Shown piece after piece: positions 45,958-54,704 of a DNA stretch of 62,052 nucleotides. A model generated the notes under the pieces. The model was given only the letters and a program-made list of their open reading frames with translations. It was not told where the DNA came from and ran no database searches. The stretch spans positions 41,253 through 103,304 of the forward strand of contig CAVFKJ010000046.1 of the NCBI GenBank assembly GCA_963623125.1. Reading direction: 5' to 3'. The position numbers were made by a program, and so were the translations under genes. Positions within the stretch are counted from its first letter, which is position 1. Each line of letters begins with the position of its first letter. The stretch is from Clostridium sp. CAG:217 (GTDB taxonomy: Bacteria; Bacillota_I; Bacilli_A; Erysipelotrichales; Erysipelotrichaceae).

Positions 45958-48253
45958 TAAGGATGTTAGAAGAATAAGGGAACTTGAGAGTCTTTATGAG
46001 AAGTTAAATGATAAAGAAATCAAAGAAAAGACTATTGAGTTTAAAAAGCGTTACCAAAAGGGTGAAAGCCTCGACTTTTTAATGTGTGAGGCTTATGGTG
46101 TTTGTATTGAAGCTTGTAAGCGTGTTTTAAAACAAAGGCCTTATGATGTACAAATTATGGGGGCCATTGGTTTACATAAGGGTTTGCTTGTAGAGATGAA
46201 TACTGGTGAGGGTAAGACTTTAACGGCCGTTATGCCTTTATATTTAAATGCTTTAAGTGGCAAAAGTTCTATCCTTGTTACAGCTAATGGTTATTTGGCG
46301 TATCGTGATGGAATACAAATGGGCGAGGTCTATAAGTTTCTGGGCTTAACTTGTAGGGCTGGTGTTAGTGAAACTGACGATAAACAGTTAAGCAATGAAG
46401 AGAAAAAGGAAATATATAGTGCGGATATTGTTTATACAACCCATGGTACTTTAGGTTTTGATTATTTACTTAATAATTTGGTTAGTAAAAAAGAAGATCG
46501 TTTTCTTTGCGATTTTAATTATGTCATTATTGATGAAGCGGATTTAGTTTTACTTGATGCAGCTCAAATGCCTTTAGTTATCTCTGGGGCACCTAGAGTT
46601 ACTAGTAATTTATATAAGATATGTGATTTCTTTGTTAGAACGCTTAAGGAAGATATTGATTATGAAGTTGAGGATAATCAAATTTGGCTTACTAAAAAAG
46701 GTGTTAAGTATGCCGAAGAGTTCTTTGGGATAAAGGGATATTACGAAAGTAGTAACTTTGAGATTAATCGTCATGTGACCTTGGCTTTAAGGGCACATTA
46801 TCTAATGGAAAAGGGCAAGGATTATGTTGTGTCTGATAAAAATGAGATTGTTTTAATGGATAATGGTTCAGGTAGAACGGCTCCGGGTATGAAACTCAGG
46901 GGTGGTCAACATCAGGCTATTGAGATGAAGGAAAAGATTAATGTTTCAAATGAAAATAGATCAGTAGCTAGTATTACTTATCAAAACTTCTTCCTTTTAT
47001 TTCCTAAATTATCAGGCATGTCAGGTACTATTGCGGATGCCAAGAAGGAATTAAAGAGAGTCTACAACAAGGATGTCATGATTATTCCGCCTAATCGTAA
47101 ATTAAGAAGGGTGGATAATCCAGATTTATATTTTAAAGATAGTAAGTCCCAACATAAGGCAGCTATTGAGGATATTTTAAGAAGACATAAAAATGGCCAA
47201 CCTGTTTTAATTGTTACTTCGACAATTGAAGATAGTGAGGCTATTTCAAGAGTCTTAGTTAAAAATAAGATTCCTCATAATGTCTTAAATGCCAATAGTG
47301 CTTATTATGAGGCGCAAATAATTAAGGAAGCTGGTAAAAGAAATGCTGTTACTGTTTCTACAGGCATGGCTGGAAGAGGCACGGATATTAGACTTGAAAA
47401 GGGTGTTAAAAGTTTAGGTGGTTTGGCTATTATTGGCATTGGTCGAATGGATAACATTCGTCTTGAAAGGCAAGTTAGAGGCAGAAGCGGTAGACAAGGT
47501 GATCCAGGTGTTAGTCAATTTTATGTTTCTTTAGAAGATGGTGTAGTAGAGAATAGTCTTGGTGAAGATAAGGTTGAATACTTACTTAATAAAAAGCATA
47601 TCCCTTTATATAAATTAAAAAGATATATTGATGGCAGTAGAAGATTAAATGAAGACAATGGTTTTTCTAGTAGAGAGAGTGCTGTTGAATTCGATAAGGT
47701 AATGAAGGTTCAAAGAAATATTTTCTATGAGGCTAGAAATAGACTTCTTGATGGTGATAGCTTAGATAATAATGTTTTAAAGAAGGTTATTAATGAGAAT
47801 ATTAATAACTTTGTTAGAAAGAATAAATTAAATAAACAAAGTTTAAATCGTTTTGTTTTGGATAATATGTCCTATACTAATGATTTTGATTCTAATTTTA
47901 AGTTTTATACTTCTTTTAAGGTAAAAAGAGCTTTAAAGAAATATGCTAAAGAGCTTTTTGAAGATAAGATTGATTCTTTCTCTGATGAACAATTAAAAGA
48001 GTTTGTACGTTTATGTACACTACAAGCTATGGATAATGCTTGGATTGAGGAAGTAGACTATTTAGGGCAGTTACAGTATGTTATGGCGGGCAGGCAATCG
48101 GCTTTAAGAAATCCGATTTTTGAGTATCGTAATGAGGCTTATGAGGCTTTTAAGATAATGCAAAACAATGTTAAGAAAGACTTGATGCGTAATTTCTTAT
48201 TAGGTGAGGCAAGTTTTGATGAAGATGGGCATATGCTTATAATGTTCCCATAG
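45938..48253 (+). CDS. secA2: Accessory Sec translocase ATPase SecA2
   Basis: SecA motifs MNTGEGKTLTA, IIDEADLVLLD and TGMAGRGTDI. It is shorter than SecA1 (771 aa) and lacks the C-terminal zinc-binding tail. Confidence 0.9.
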   Translation: MRANKFNKDVRRIRELESLYEKLNDKEIKEKTIEFKKRYQKGESLDFLMCEAYGVCIEACKRVLKQRPYDVQIMGAIGLHKGLLVEMNTGEGKTLTAVMPLYLNALSGKSSILVTANGYLAYRDGIQMGEVYKFLGLTCRAGVSETDDKQLSNEEKKEIYSADIVYTTHGTLGFDYLLNNLVSKKEDRFLCDFNYVIIDEADLVLLDAAQMPLVISGAPRVTSNLYKICDFFVRTLKEDIDYEVEDNQIWLTKKGVKYAEEFFGIKGYYESSNFEINRHVTLALRAHYLMEKGKDYVVSDKNEIVLMDNGSGRTAPGMKLRGGQHQAIEMKEKINVSNENRSVASITYQNFFLLFPKLSGMSGTIADAKKELKRVYNKDVMIIPPNRKLRRVDNPDLYFKDSKSQHKAAIEDILRRHKNGQPVLIVTSTIEDSEAISRVLVKNKIPHNVLNANSAYYEAQIIKEAGKRNAVTVSTGMAGRGTDIRLEKGVKSLGGLAIIGIGRMDNIRLERQVRGRSGRQGDPGVSQFYVSLEDGVVENSLGEDKVEYLLNKKHIPLYKLKRYIDGSRRLNEDNGFSSRESAVEFDKVMKVQRNIFYEARNRLLDGDSLDNNVLKKVINENINNFVRKNKLNKQSLNRFVLDNMSYTNDFDSNFKFYTSFKVKRALKKYAKELFEDKIDSFSDEQLKEFVRLCTLQAMDNAWIEEVDYLGQLQYVMAGRQSALRNPIFEYRNEAYEAFKIMQNNVKKDLMRNFLLGEASFDEDGHMLIMFP

Positions 48254-48263
48254 AAAGGAAAGT

Positions 48264-49754
48264 ATGATATATAACATTAATTTAGGAATTGGTTGGGCAA
48301 GTAGTGGTGTTGAGTATGCTCAAAGTTATAGGGCTAGTGCTTTTAGAAATCTAGGGGTAGAAAGTAAATTTATTTTTACCGATATGATTACTTATGAACA
48401 TATTGAGCATATGACGAGAAATATCGGTTTTTTAGATAGTGAAGTTATTTGGCTTTATATGTATTTTACTGATTTTAAAATGACGCCCGTTACTTACACT
48501 GACGAAGACTTAGTTAAGACTTTTTCTTCCCTTGTTTATACTTATAAAAGAGAGGGTAAGATTGGTCGTTATACTTTTGAGGGTAATGGCAATTTTTATA
48601 CCGTTTACTATACTAATGAAAGTGATAATTTAATTCATCGAGTAGAGATTGTTTCTAATGGCTTTTTAATTAGAAAAGATTATTTTACTTATGCCCGTTT
48701 ATTTTCCGAATATTATGCACCACTTGATAATAAAGCTCATCTATATTTGAGAAGATTCTTTAATGAAGATGGCAGTGTAGCTTATGAAGAGGTTAATGAT
48801 GATGATAAGGTGATGTATCAATTTAAGGATCAAATTATTACTTCTAAGGAAGAGTTTGTAGCTTACTTTATCAAGTGTCTTAAATTGAAGGACGATGATG
48901 TGGTGATTGTTGATAGAACTACTGGTATTGGCCAAGCAGTTTTTATGGCCGCTAGTAATGCTCGAATTGGTATTGTGATTCATGCCGACCACTTTTCGGT
49001 TGGTAGCACTAATGATGATTATATTCTTTGGAATAATTATTATGAGTATCCTTTTATGATGCATAAGCATATCGCTTTCTATATTTGTGCAACACAGGGT
49101 CAAAGCGATTTATTTAAAGCTCAATTTGAAAAATATGTAGGTGTTACGCCTACTGTTTATACAATTCCAGTTGGTAGTTTAGATAAACTAAGATATCCAA
49201 AGAGTGAAAGAAGACCATATTCTATTATTACAGCTAGTAGACTCGCCAGTGAAAAGCATATCGATTGGCTAGTTGAGGCTGTGGCGATAGCTAAAAAAGA
49301 AGTAAAGGAACTTACTTTAGATATCTATGGTAAGGGTGGTGAAGAAGAACTTATTAGAAAGAAGATTGATGAATATAAGGCTAATGATTATATTCATTTA
49401 ATGGGTCAACAAAATCTTAAGGAAGTTTATCAAAATTATGAACTTTATTTAGCCGCTTCAACAAGTGAAGGTTTTGGTTTAACCCTAATGGAGGCAGTTG
49501 GAGGAGGACTTCCAATTGTGGGTTTTGATGTAAGATATGGTAATCCAACTTTTATTGATGATGGTGAAAATGGTTATCTAATTAAATATGATGAGAATGA
49601 TAGTATTAAAAATAAAGTAAATGATTTAGCTAAGGCGATTGTTAAAGTATTTAAGGAGGCTGATTTAGCTAAGTTTCATGAGCATTCTTATCTTGTGGCA
49701 AGTAAGTTTTTAAGCAGTGAAGTGGAAAGAAAGTGGGCAGAGGTAGTCAAATGA
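48264..49754 (+). CDS. gtfA: Accessory Sec glycosyltransferase GtfA
   Basis: MIYNINLGIGWASSGVEYAQSYRA N-terminus and the GT4 motif EGFGLTLMEA. Confidence 0.9.
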   Translation: MIYNINLGIGWASSGVEYAQSYRASAFRNLGVESKFIFTDMITYEHIEHMTRNIGFLDSEVIWLYMYFTDFKMTPVTYTDEDLVKTFSSLVYTYKREGKIGRYTFEGNGNFYTVYYTNESDNLIHRVEIVSNGFLIRKDYFTYARLFSEYYAPLDNKAHLYLRRFFNEDGSVAYEEVNDDDKVMYQFKDQIITSKEEFVAYFIKCLKLKDDDVVIVDRTTGIGQAVFMAASNARIGIVIHADHFSVGSTNDDYILWNNYYEYPFMMHKHIAFYICATQGQSDLFKAQFEKYVGVTPTVYTIPVGSLDKLRYPKSERRPYSIITASRLASEKHIDWLVEAVAIAKKEVKELTLDIYGKGGEEELIRKKIDEYKANDYIHLMGQQNLKEVYQNYELYLAASTSEGFGLTLMEAVGGGLPIVGFDVRYGNPTFIDDGENGYLIKYDENDSIKNKVNDLAKAIVKVFKEADLAKFHEHSYLVASKFLSSEVERKWAEVVK

Positions 49755-51079
49755 GCGATGTTCTTTTGTTAGATAATTTTAATGAAGATAGTATTATGCT
49801 TCATGAATCTTTTAAAGCTGCAGGCTTTAATGGTAAGACAATAGTGGTAGATGATAGTGGCTTTTTACCAGATGATGTCATTAGTTTATATCGCTTTTTC
49901 TGTGGCGCTTTTAAAAAAGGCAAGCCTCGTTATTTTAATCAAATTGATTTACCCGATTATTGGGAGATAGAAGCTAATAATACTTCTGGTAAGATTACTA
50001 ATTTATTTAGAAAAAGAGGCAGTATTTACTTTACTCTTCCTTTAAATAATCGTTTAGTAAGTAATGTTGATTGGTATGATGAAGAGGGTGTTGTTAGAAG
50101 TAGCGATCATTATGATGCGAATGGTTTTCTTTATGCTCGTACTACTTTTAATAAAAAGGGCGAAAGAGTTTGCAAGTCATATTATGATGAGGATAATAGA
50201 GAGATAATAGTTGAAAACTTTGTTACAAGAGATATTATTTTAAATTATGATGGTAAAGTATTTATCTTTAAAAATAAGGTAGATATGATAAAGAGATTGT
50301 TCGAATCAGGTAATATTAAATATGATCGCATTTTCTATAATTCTTTATCTACGCCTTTCTTTGTCTCGGAGTCTTTAAGTAGTATTGAAAAGAAGGATAT
50401 TCTTTTTTGGCAAGAGAATAAAAGAAATGATGTTCCAGGTAATATGCAAGTTATTCTAAGTGGTAATGCTTCGCGTACTAATTTAATTTATGTACAAAAA
50501 AGAGCTAGTTATGATAAATTGATGGAACTTACTAATAATAGTGATATTATTAAGCCTCTTGGCTATGTATATAACTTTGCAAAGCAAAACAAACATACCA
50601 ATAAGGCTTTAATTTGTACTAATTCTGATCAAATTGAACAATTAGAGTACCTGGTAAATAATTTGAAGGATGTTGAATTTCATATTGTGGCCATTACGGA
50701 GATGTCTAGTAAGCTTCTTAGTATGGGCAAGTATGACAATGTTCGTTTATATCCTGGGGCAAAGAGTTCAATTATTGAAGATTTGTTTGATGAGTGTGAC
50801 TTTTATTTAGATATCAATTATGCCAATGAGATTGTGGATTCTTTAAAAAGAGCTTTCTTACACAATCAATTGATATTGGCTTTTGAAAATACTGTTCATA
50901 ATCGTACTTATATTTGTGATAATCATATATGTAATAGTGGTGATAAAATGGTACAATTATTAAAACAAGTTATGGTTGATTATTCTTTGTTAGATGAACA
51001 TTTAAGTTTGCAAAGAAAAAAGGCCATGAGTGAAGATGTGAGTGCTTATGAGAATATTTTAAATTTGTGGGAGGTATAA
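49751..51079 (+). CDS. gtfB: Accessory Sec glycosylation chaperone GtfB
   Basis: ATGA overlap with gtfA, a size of ~440 aa, and its position. The track start at 49733 is an upstream GTG. Confidence 0.8.
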   Translation: MSDVLLLDNFNEDSIMLHESFKAAGFNGKTIVVDDSGFLPDDVISLYRFFCGAFKKGKPRYFNQIDLPDYWEIEANNTSGKITNLFRKRGSIYFTLPLNNRLVSNVDWYDEEGVVRSSDHYDANGFLYARTTFNKKGERVCKSYYDEDNREIIVENFVTRDIILNYDGKVFIFKNKVDMIKRLFESGNIKYDRIFYNSLSTPFFVSESLSSIEKKDILFWQENKRNDVPGNMQVILSGNASRTNLIYVQKRASYDKLMELTNNSDIIKPLGYVYNFAKQNKHTNKALICTNSDQIEQLEYLVNNLKDVEFHIVAITEMSSKLLSMGKYDNVRLYPGAKSSIIEDLFDECDFYLDINYANEIVDSLKRAFLHNQLILAFENTVHNRTYICDNHICNSGDKMVQLLKQVMVDYSLLDEHLSLQRKKAMSEDVSAYENILNLWEV

Positions 51080-51080
51080 A

Positions 51081-51272
51081 ATGTTTATTGGAAGTGCTAG
51101 TGGTGTTAGTTTAACGACGATTATTATTATTTTGGAACTTATTCTTTTGATTGATAGTGTAGCTTTAGTTATTCAATCTAAGGGTAAGGTAGTAAAGATT
51201 GTTAATGCGATATTAGCTGTTGCATGGCTAGTATGTATTATTGGCAATCTAGTTAATTTTGGAATTAAATAG
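51081..51272 (+). CDS. Small 2-TM membrane protein at the position occupied by asp4/asp5 in streptococcal aSec loci
   Basis: A 63-aa ORF starting 2 nt after the gtfB stop, with two hydrophobic helices. A hairpin with a T-run lies downstream. Confidence 0.4.
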   Translation: MFIGSASGVSLTTIIIILELILLIDSVALVIQSKGKVVKIVNAILAVAWLVCIIGNLVNFGIK

Positions 51273-51338
51273 TTAATCATTTTATTAGCTATTAAAGAGT
51301 ATTACCGGAGATATTTTTATCTTCGTTTTTTTAATATA

Positions 51339-52232
51339 ATGAATAATATGAGATGTCGCTTTTTTAAAATAGCCATAGTTTTAATATTGTTGATAAACGG
51401 TTTTGGTTGTGAAAAGAAAGTGGAGAATAAAGAGAGTCATAGTTATACTTTTGATGAAATATTATGGTGTTCTAGTGGTGATTTAGATTATGAGGATGAT
51501 AAAGTCTTAGTTGACTATTCTAATACTAATGAGGGCTATATCATGGCTAAAAGTAAGACTAGTGATCATAATCGTATCAAGATTATGCTTATTAAGGATG
51601 AAGAGAAGTATACTTATGATTTAAATAAGGATTTAGAGTTTGAGACTTATCCTTTAAATATGGGAAGTGGTACTTATACTATTAAAGTATATGAGAATAT
51701 AAATGATGATGAATATGGCCTATTATATTCATTTGATATAGATGTTAGTTTAGATAGTGAGTTTATACCTTTTTTATATCCTAATCAAATAGTTGATTAT
51801 AATAGTAGTACAAAGTGCATTGAAAAATCTTTTGAATTAGTTAAGGATGACAAAACTGATTTAGATAGAGTCGATCATATTTATCATTGGGTTTTAGATA
51901 ATGTAACCTATGATTGGGATAAGGTGGAAGAGGTACAGGGCAAGTATGTTTTGCCTATACTTGATGATATTTATGATGAAGGCAAGGGAATTTGTTTTGA
52001 CTATGCCGCTATTATGGCAGCTATGCTTAGAGTACAACACATTCCTACGAAGGTTGTAACAGGTATGGTATCAGAAGGTTATCATGCTTGGATTGAGGTT
52101 TATATTGAAAATATGGGCTGGATTAAGCCACATGTTTATTTTAATTCAGGAGAGTGGACCCAAATGGATCCAACTTATGATGCGATGGATAGAGAATATA
52201 ATGGCGATTATAGTATTAAATATACTTATTAG
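51339..52232 (+). CDS. Transglutaminase-like cysteine protease-fold protein, secreted or lipoprotein
   Basis: Signal peptide ending in INGFGC, which may be a lipobox. Catalytic-core pattern GKGICFDYAA...GYHAWIEVY...MDPT (Cys-His-Asp). Confidence 0.7.
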   Translation: MNNMRCRFFKIAIVLILLINGFGCEKKVENKESHSYTFDEILWCSSGDLDYEDDKVLVDYSNTNEGYIMAKSKTSDHNRIKIMLIKDEEKYTYDLNKDLEFETYPLNMGSGTYTIKVYENINDDEYGLLYSFDIDVSLDSEFIPFLYPNQIVDYNSSTKCIEKSFELVKDDKTDLDRVDHIYHWVLDNVTYDWDKVEEVQGKYVLPILDDIYDEGKGICFDYAAIMAAMLRVQHIPTKVVTGMVSEGYHAWIEVYIENMGWIKPHVYFNSGEWTQMDPTYDAMDREYNGDYSIKYTY

Positions 52233-52241
52233 GAGGCAAGC

Positions 52242-53270
52242 ATGAAGAATATTACAGAACTTGAGAAGGCACAATTTTTAAAGCAGATGGGTATGATTTT
52301 GGATAGTGGTTTATCTTTGGCTGATGGACTTGAGGCAATTGAGGGTCAAGTTGAGGATAAGGATTATGCTAGGGTTTTAAATAAGGCTAAGGAGAGCGTT
52401 AAACAAGGCGATACTTTTTCGAGTGCTTTAGATAAAACGGGTGTTTTTGATTCTTATATGATTAATATGCTTAGGGTTGGTGAAGAAAGCGGCTATCTTG
52501 ATAAGGTAGTAAAACAACTTTCAAGTTACTATTATCGTATGCATGATACTAGAAATAGAATTAAGGATGCCTTAAGTTATCCAACTATTTTGGTTGTGAT
52601 GATGTTAGTAGTAGTTATCATTTTAATCAATAATGTGCTTCCTTTATTTAAGATGGTGCTAGCTAATATGGGCATGGAAGTATCTAATACAGCTACGGTG
52701 ATGCTTGATATTGGTAAGAATTTAGCTATTATTGCCTTGGTAATAATATTCATCTTATTTGTAATTTTTATTTATACATTAATTTCTTTAAGGGGAAAAG
52801 ATTATAGTTATATAACATTATTACAAAAGTTTTTTATGACGAGAAAGTTTGCCAATGAATTGTCAGTTGTACAATTTGCCTATGGTTTATCTCTTTTATT
52901 AAGTAGTGGCATTAGTCAAATTGATGCCTTAAAACAAAGTAGTGAAATGTGTAATGATAAAGAATTAAAGAAGAGAATTGATAAGCTTATTGAAGATATT
53001 AATTCGGATAAGAGTATGTCCGATTGCATTATCGATAGTCATATCTTTAAGGAAATCTATAATCGTATGTTAGTGATTGGTTTAAAGAGTGGCCATTTTG
53101 AGGAGACCATGCACGAAGTAGCTTTGGCTTATGAAAACGATATTGATGAAAATATTAATAAGATGCTTGATGTTATTGAGCCAAGCCTTGTGGTTATTCT
53201 TTCAATTATTGTTGGTATTATTATTGTTTCGGTTATGCTTCCACTGGGTAGTATATTGGTGAATTTATGA
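52242..53270 (+). CDS. GspF/PilC/ComGB-family platform protein
   Basis: Two GspF-type repeats (LDSGLSLADGLEAI... and LLSSGISQIDALKQS...) and three TM segments in 342 aa. Confidence 0.75.
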   Translation: MKNITELEKAQFLKQMGMILDSGLSLADGLEAIEGQVEDKDYARVLNKAKESVKQGDTFSSALDKTGVFDSYMINMLRVGEESGYLDKVVKQLSSYYYRMHDTRNRIKDALSYPTILVVMMLVVVIILINNVLPLFKMVLANMGMEVSNTATVMLDIGKNLAIIALVIIFILFVIFIYTLISLRGKDYSYITLLQKFFMTRKFANELSVVQFAYGLSLLLSSGISQIDALKQSSEMCNDKELKKRIDKLIEDINSDKSMSDCIIDSHIFKEIYNRMLVIGLKSGHFEETMHEVALAYENDIDENINKMLDVIEPSLVVILSIIVGIIIVSVMLPLGSILVNL

Positions 53271-53563
53271 GAAAGTCGCAGATTTTAATTTTTATCTTAA
53301 GTATTGTCATCATGGCTTTGATTACTTCGGCTATCTTTAAAAGTGAGACTTACTATAAAGATAATCAACTAGATACAATTGAAGAAAGTATTCGTAAGGC
53401 TTTAGTAACCTGTTATGTTAGTGAGGGCTTTTATCCTGGTTCGCTTGATTATTTAAAACAAAATTATGGTTTGGTAATAAGTGATAAAGTTAACATCTTT
53501 TATCAAGCTGTTGGTAGTAATATCTTTCCAGACTTTATGGCTAGTTATAAGGAGAAACAATGA
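53267..53563 (+). CDS. Small N-terminally anchored protein (98 aa), pseudopilin/assembly-factor candidate
   Basis: MRKSQ followed by a single hydrophobic helix, with no Gly before the helix. ATGA overlap with the platform gene. Confidence 0.45.
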   Translation: MRKSQILIFILSIVIMALITSAIFKSETYYKDNQLDTIEESIRKALVTCYVSEGFYPGSLDYLKQNYGLVISDKVNIFYQAVGSNIFPDFMASYKEKQ

Positions 53564-53982
53564 AACACTCTAGTATTGCTCAAATTGGTTTTTCTTTGAT
53601 TATCTTTCTAATGTTTGTCTTTGGCAGTTTCTTTATGCTTTATTATGGTTCTAATGCCTATAAAAATGGTCTTGATAGCGAAGTTGAAAGAGAGGATATG
53701 CAGATTCCTTATGCTTATCTTTCAACTAAAATCTATATGGCCAAAAGTAAAGATAACATAACAATTAAGGATAATAGTTTAATCATTGATAATGATGGTT
53801 CTTTTACTTGTATCTATTTTAAAGACAATGGTTTATATGAACTAGTAGTAAAGGATGTTTCTTTAATTGATTATGCTGGTGGAAGTAAGATTTGTAATCT
53901 AGATTCTTTTAGTATTAGTCAAGAAGATAATTTATATACTATTAAATTTAATGATGTAAGTTTTAAGGTGGGTAAGCTATGA
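53560..53982 (+). CDS. Small N-terminally anchored protein (140 aa) with a degenerate prepilin-like leader
   Basis: MKHSSIAQIG|FSLIIFLMFV has Gly at -1 and Phe at +1 but Ile instead of Glu at +5. Overlaps the upstream gene by 4 nt. Confidence 0.45.
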   Translation: MKHSSIAQIGFSLIIFLMFVFGSFFMLYYGSNAYKNGLDSEVEREDMQIPYAYLSTKIYMAKSKDNITIKDNSLIIDNDGSFTCIYFKDNGLYELVVKDVSLIDYAGGSKICNLDSFSISQEDNLYTIKFNDVSFKVGKL

Positions 53983-54302
53983 AAAATACACATTCTTTTA
54001 ATTTTTTATTAGAAATTCTTATTTCCATTATCTTTTTTACTATTTGTTCAATGGTGTTTGTGGGCTTGTTTTATTTATCTAATAGAATGAATAAAGAGGC
54101 TTTGATTAAGTCTGAGTCTTTGGTTGAGGTAGAGTCAATTTACGAAGAGTTTAAGGCTAGTGGTAAATGTGAGGATTATACAGGTGATGATTTTATTGTT
54201 ACAACTAATATAGAAGATAATGTTTGTCATATTAAGGCAATAAGTGATAATAAGGTTCTTATTGAAGTAGATTCTATTTACTTGGGTGAAGCATATGAAT
54301 AA
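53979..54302 (+). CDS. Small N-terminally anchored protein (107 aa), the most pilin-like leader in the operon
   Basis: MKNTHSFNFLLEILISIIFF resembles K-G-F-T-L-L-E-x-L-I but has Ser for Gly and one extra residue before the Glu. Overlaps the upstream gene by 4 nt. Confidence 0.45.
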   Translation: MKNTHSFNFLLEILISIIFFTICSMVFVGLFYLSNRMNKEALIKSESLVEVESIYEEFKASGKCEDYTGDDFIVTTNIEDNVCHIKAISDNKVLIEVDSIYLGEAYE

Positions 54303-54696
54303 AAGAAGAAATAGTATCGGCGTTGGTTTATGTAGTCTTCTTATGATTTTTACTTGTCTTTGTCTTACTATTTTTGTCACCTTATCTTATCTACAGGCTA
54401 AGAGAAACCTTAATGATTCAAATAAGATTGTTGATTCTATTACTGATTATTATGAAGCTGATAATAAGGCTAGTCAGTTAGTTTTAGATTTAAAGGATAA
54501 TTATAATGATGAGTCCTTTTTAAATGAAAACAATATTGAATATAATAATGGAGTATATTGTTTTAGTATGGCTATTTCAAATAACAAGTATCTTGACGTG
54601 GAACTTAGTTTTGATCAAGATAAGCTAATTGTATATAAGTGGCAAGAAGTGTCTAAGGCAAGTGGCGAATATGATTATTCAGGTTTTGTGAACTAG
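54286..54696 (+). CDS. Small N-terminally anchored protein (136 aa), pseudopilin candidate
   Basis: MKHMNKRRNSIG|VGLCSLLMIF has a basic N-terminus, a Gly, then a hydrophobic helix with no Glu5. Overlaps the upstream gene by 17 nt. Confidence 0.45.
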   Translation: MKHMNKRRNSIGVGLCSLLMIFTCLCLTIFVTLSYLQAKRNLNDSNKIVDSITDYYEADNKASQLVLDLKDNYNDESFLNENNIEYNNGVYCFSMAISNNKYLDVELSFDQDKLIVYKWQEVSKASGEYDYSGFVN

Positions 54697-54704
54697 GAGA
54701 TTTT

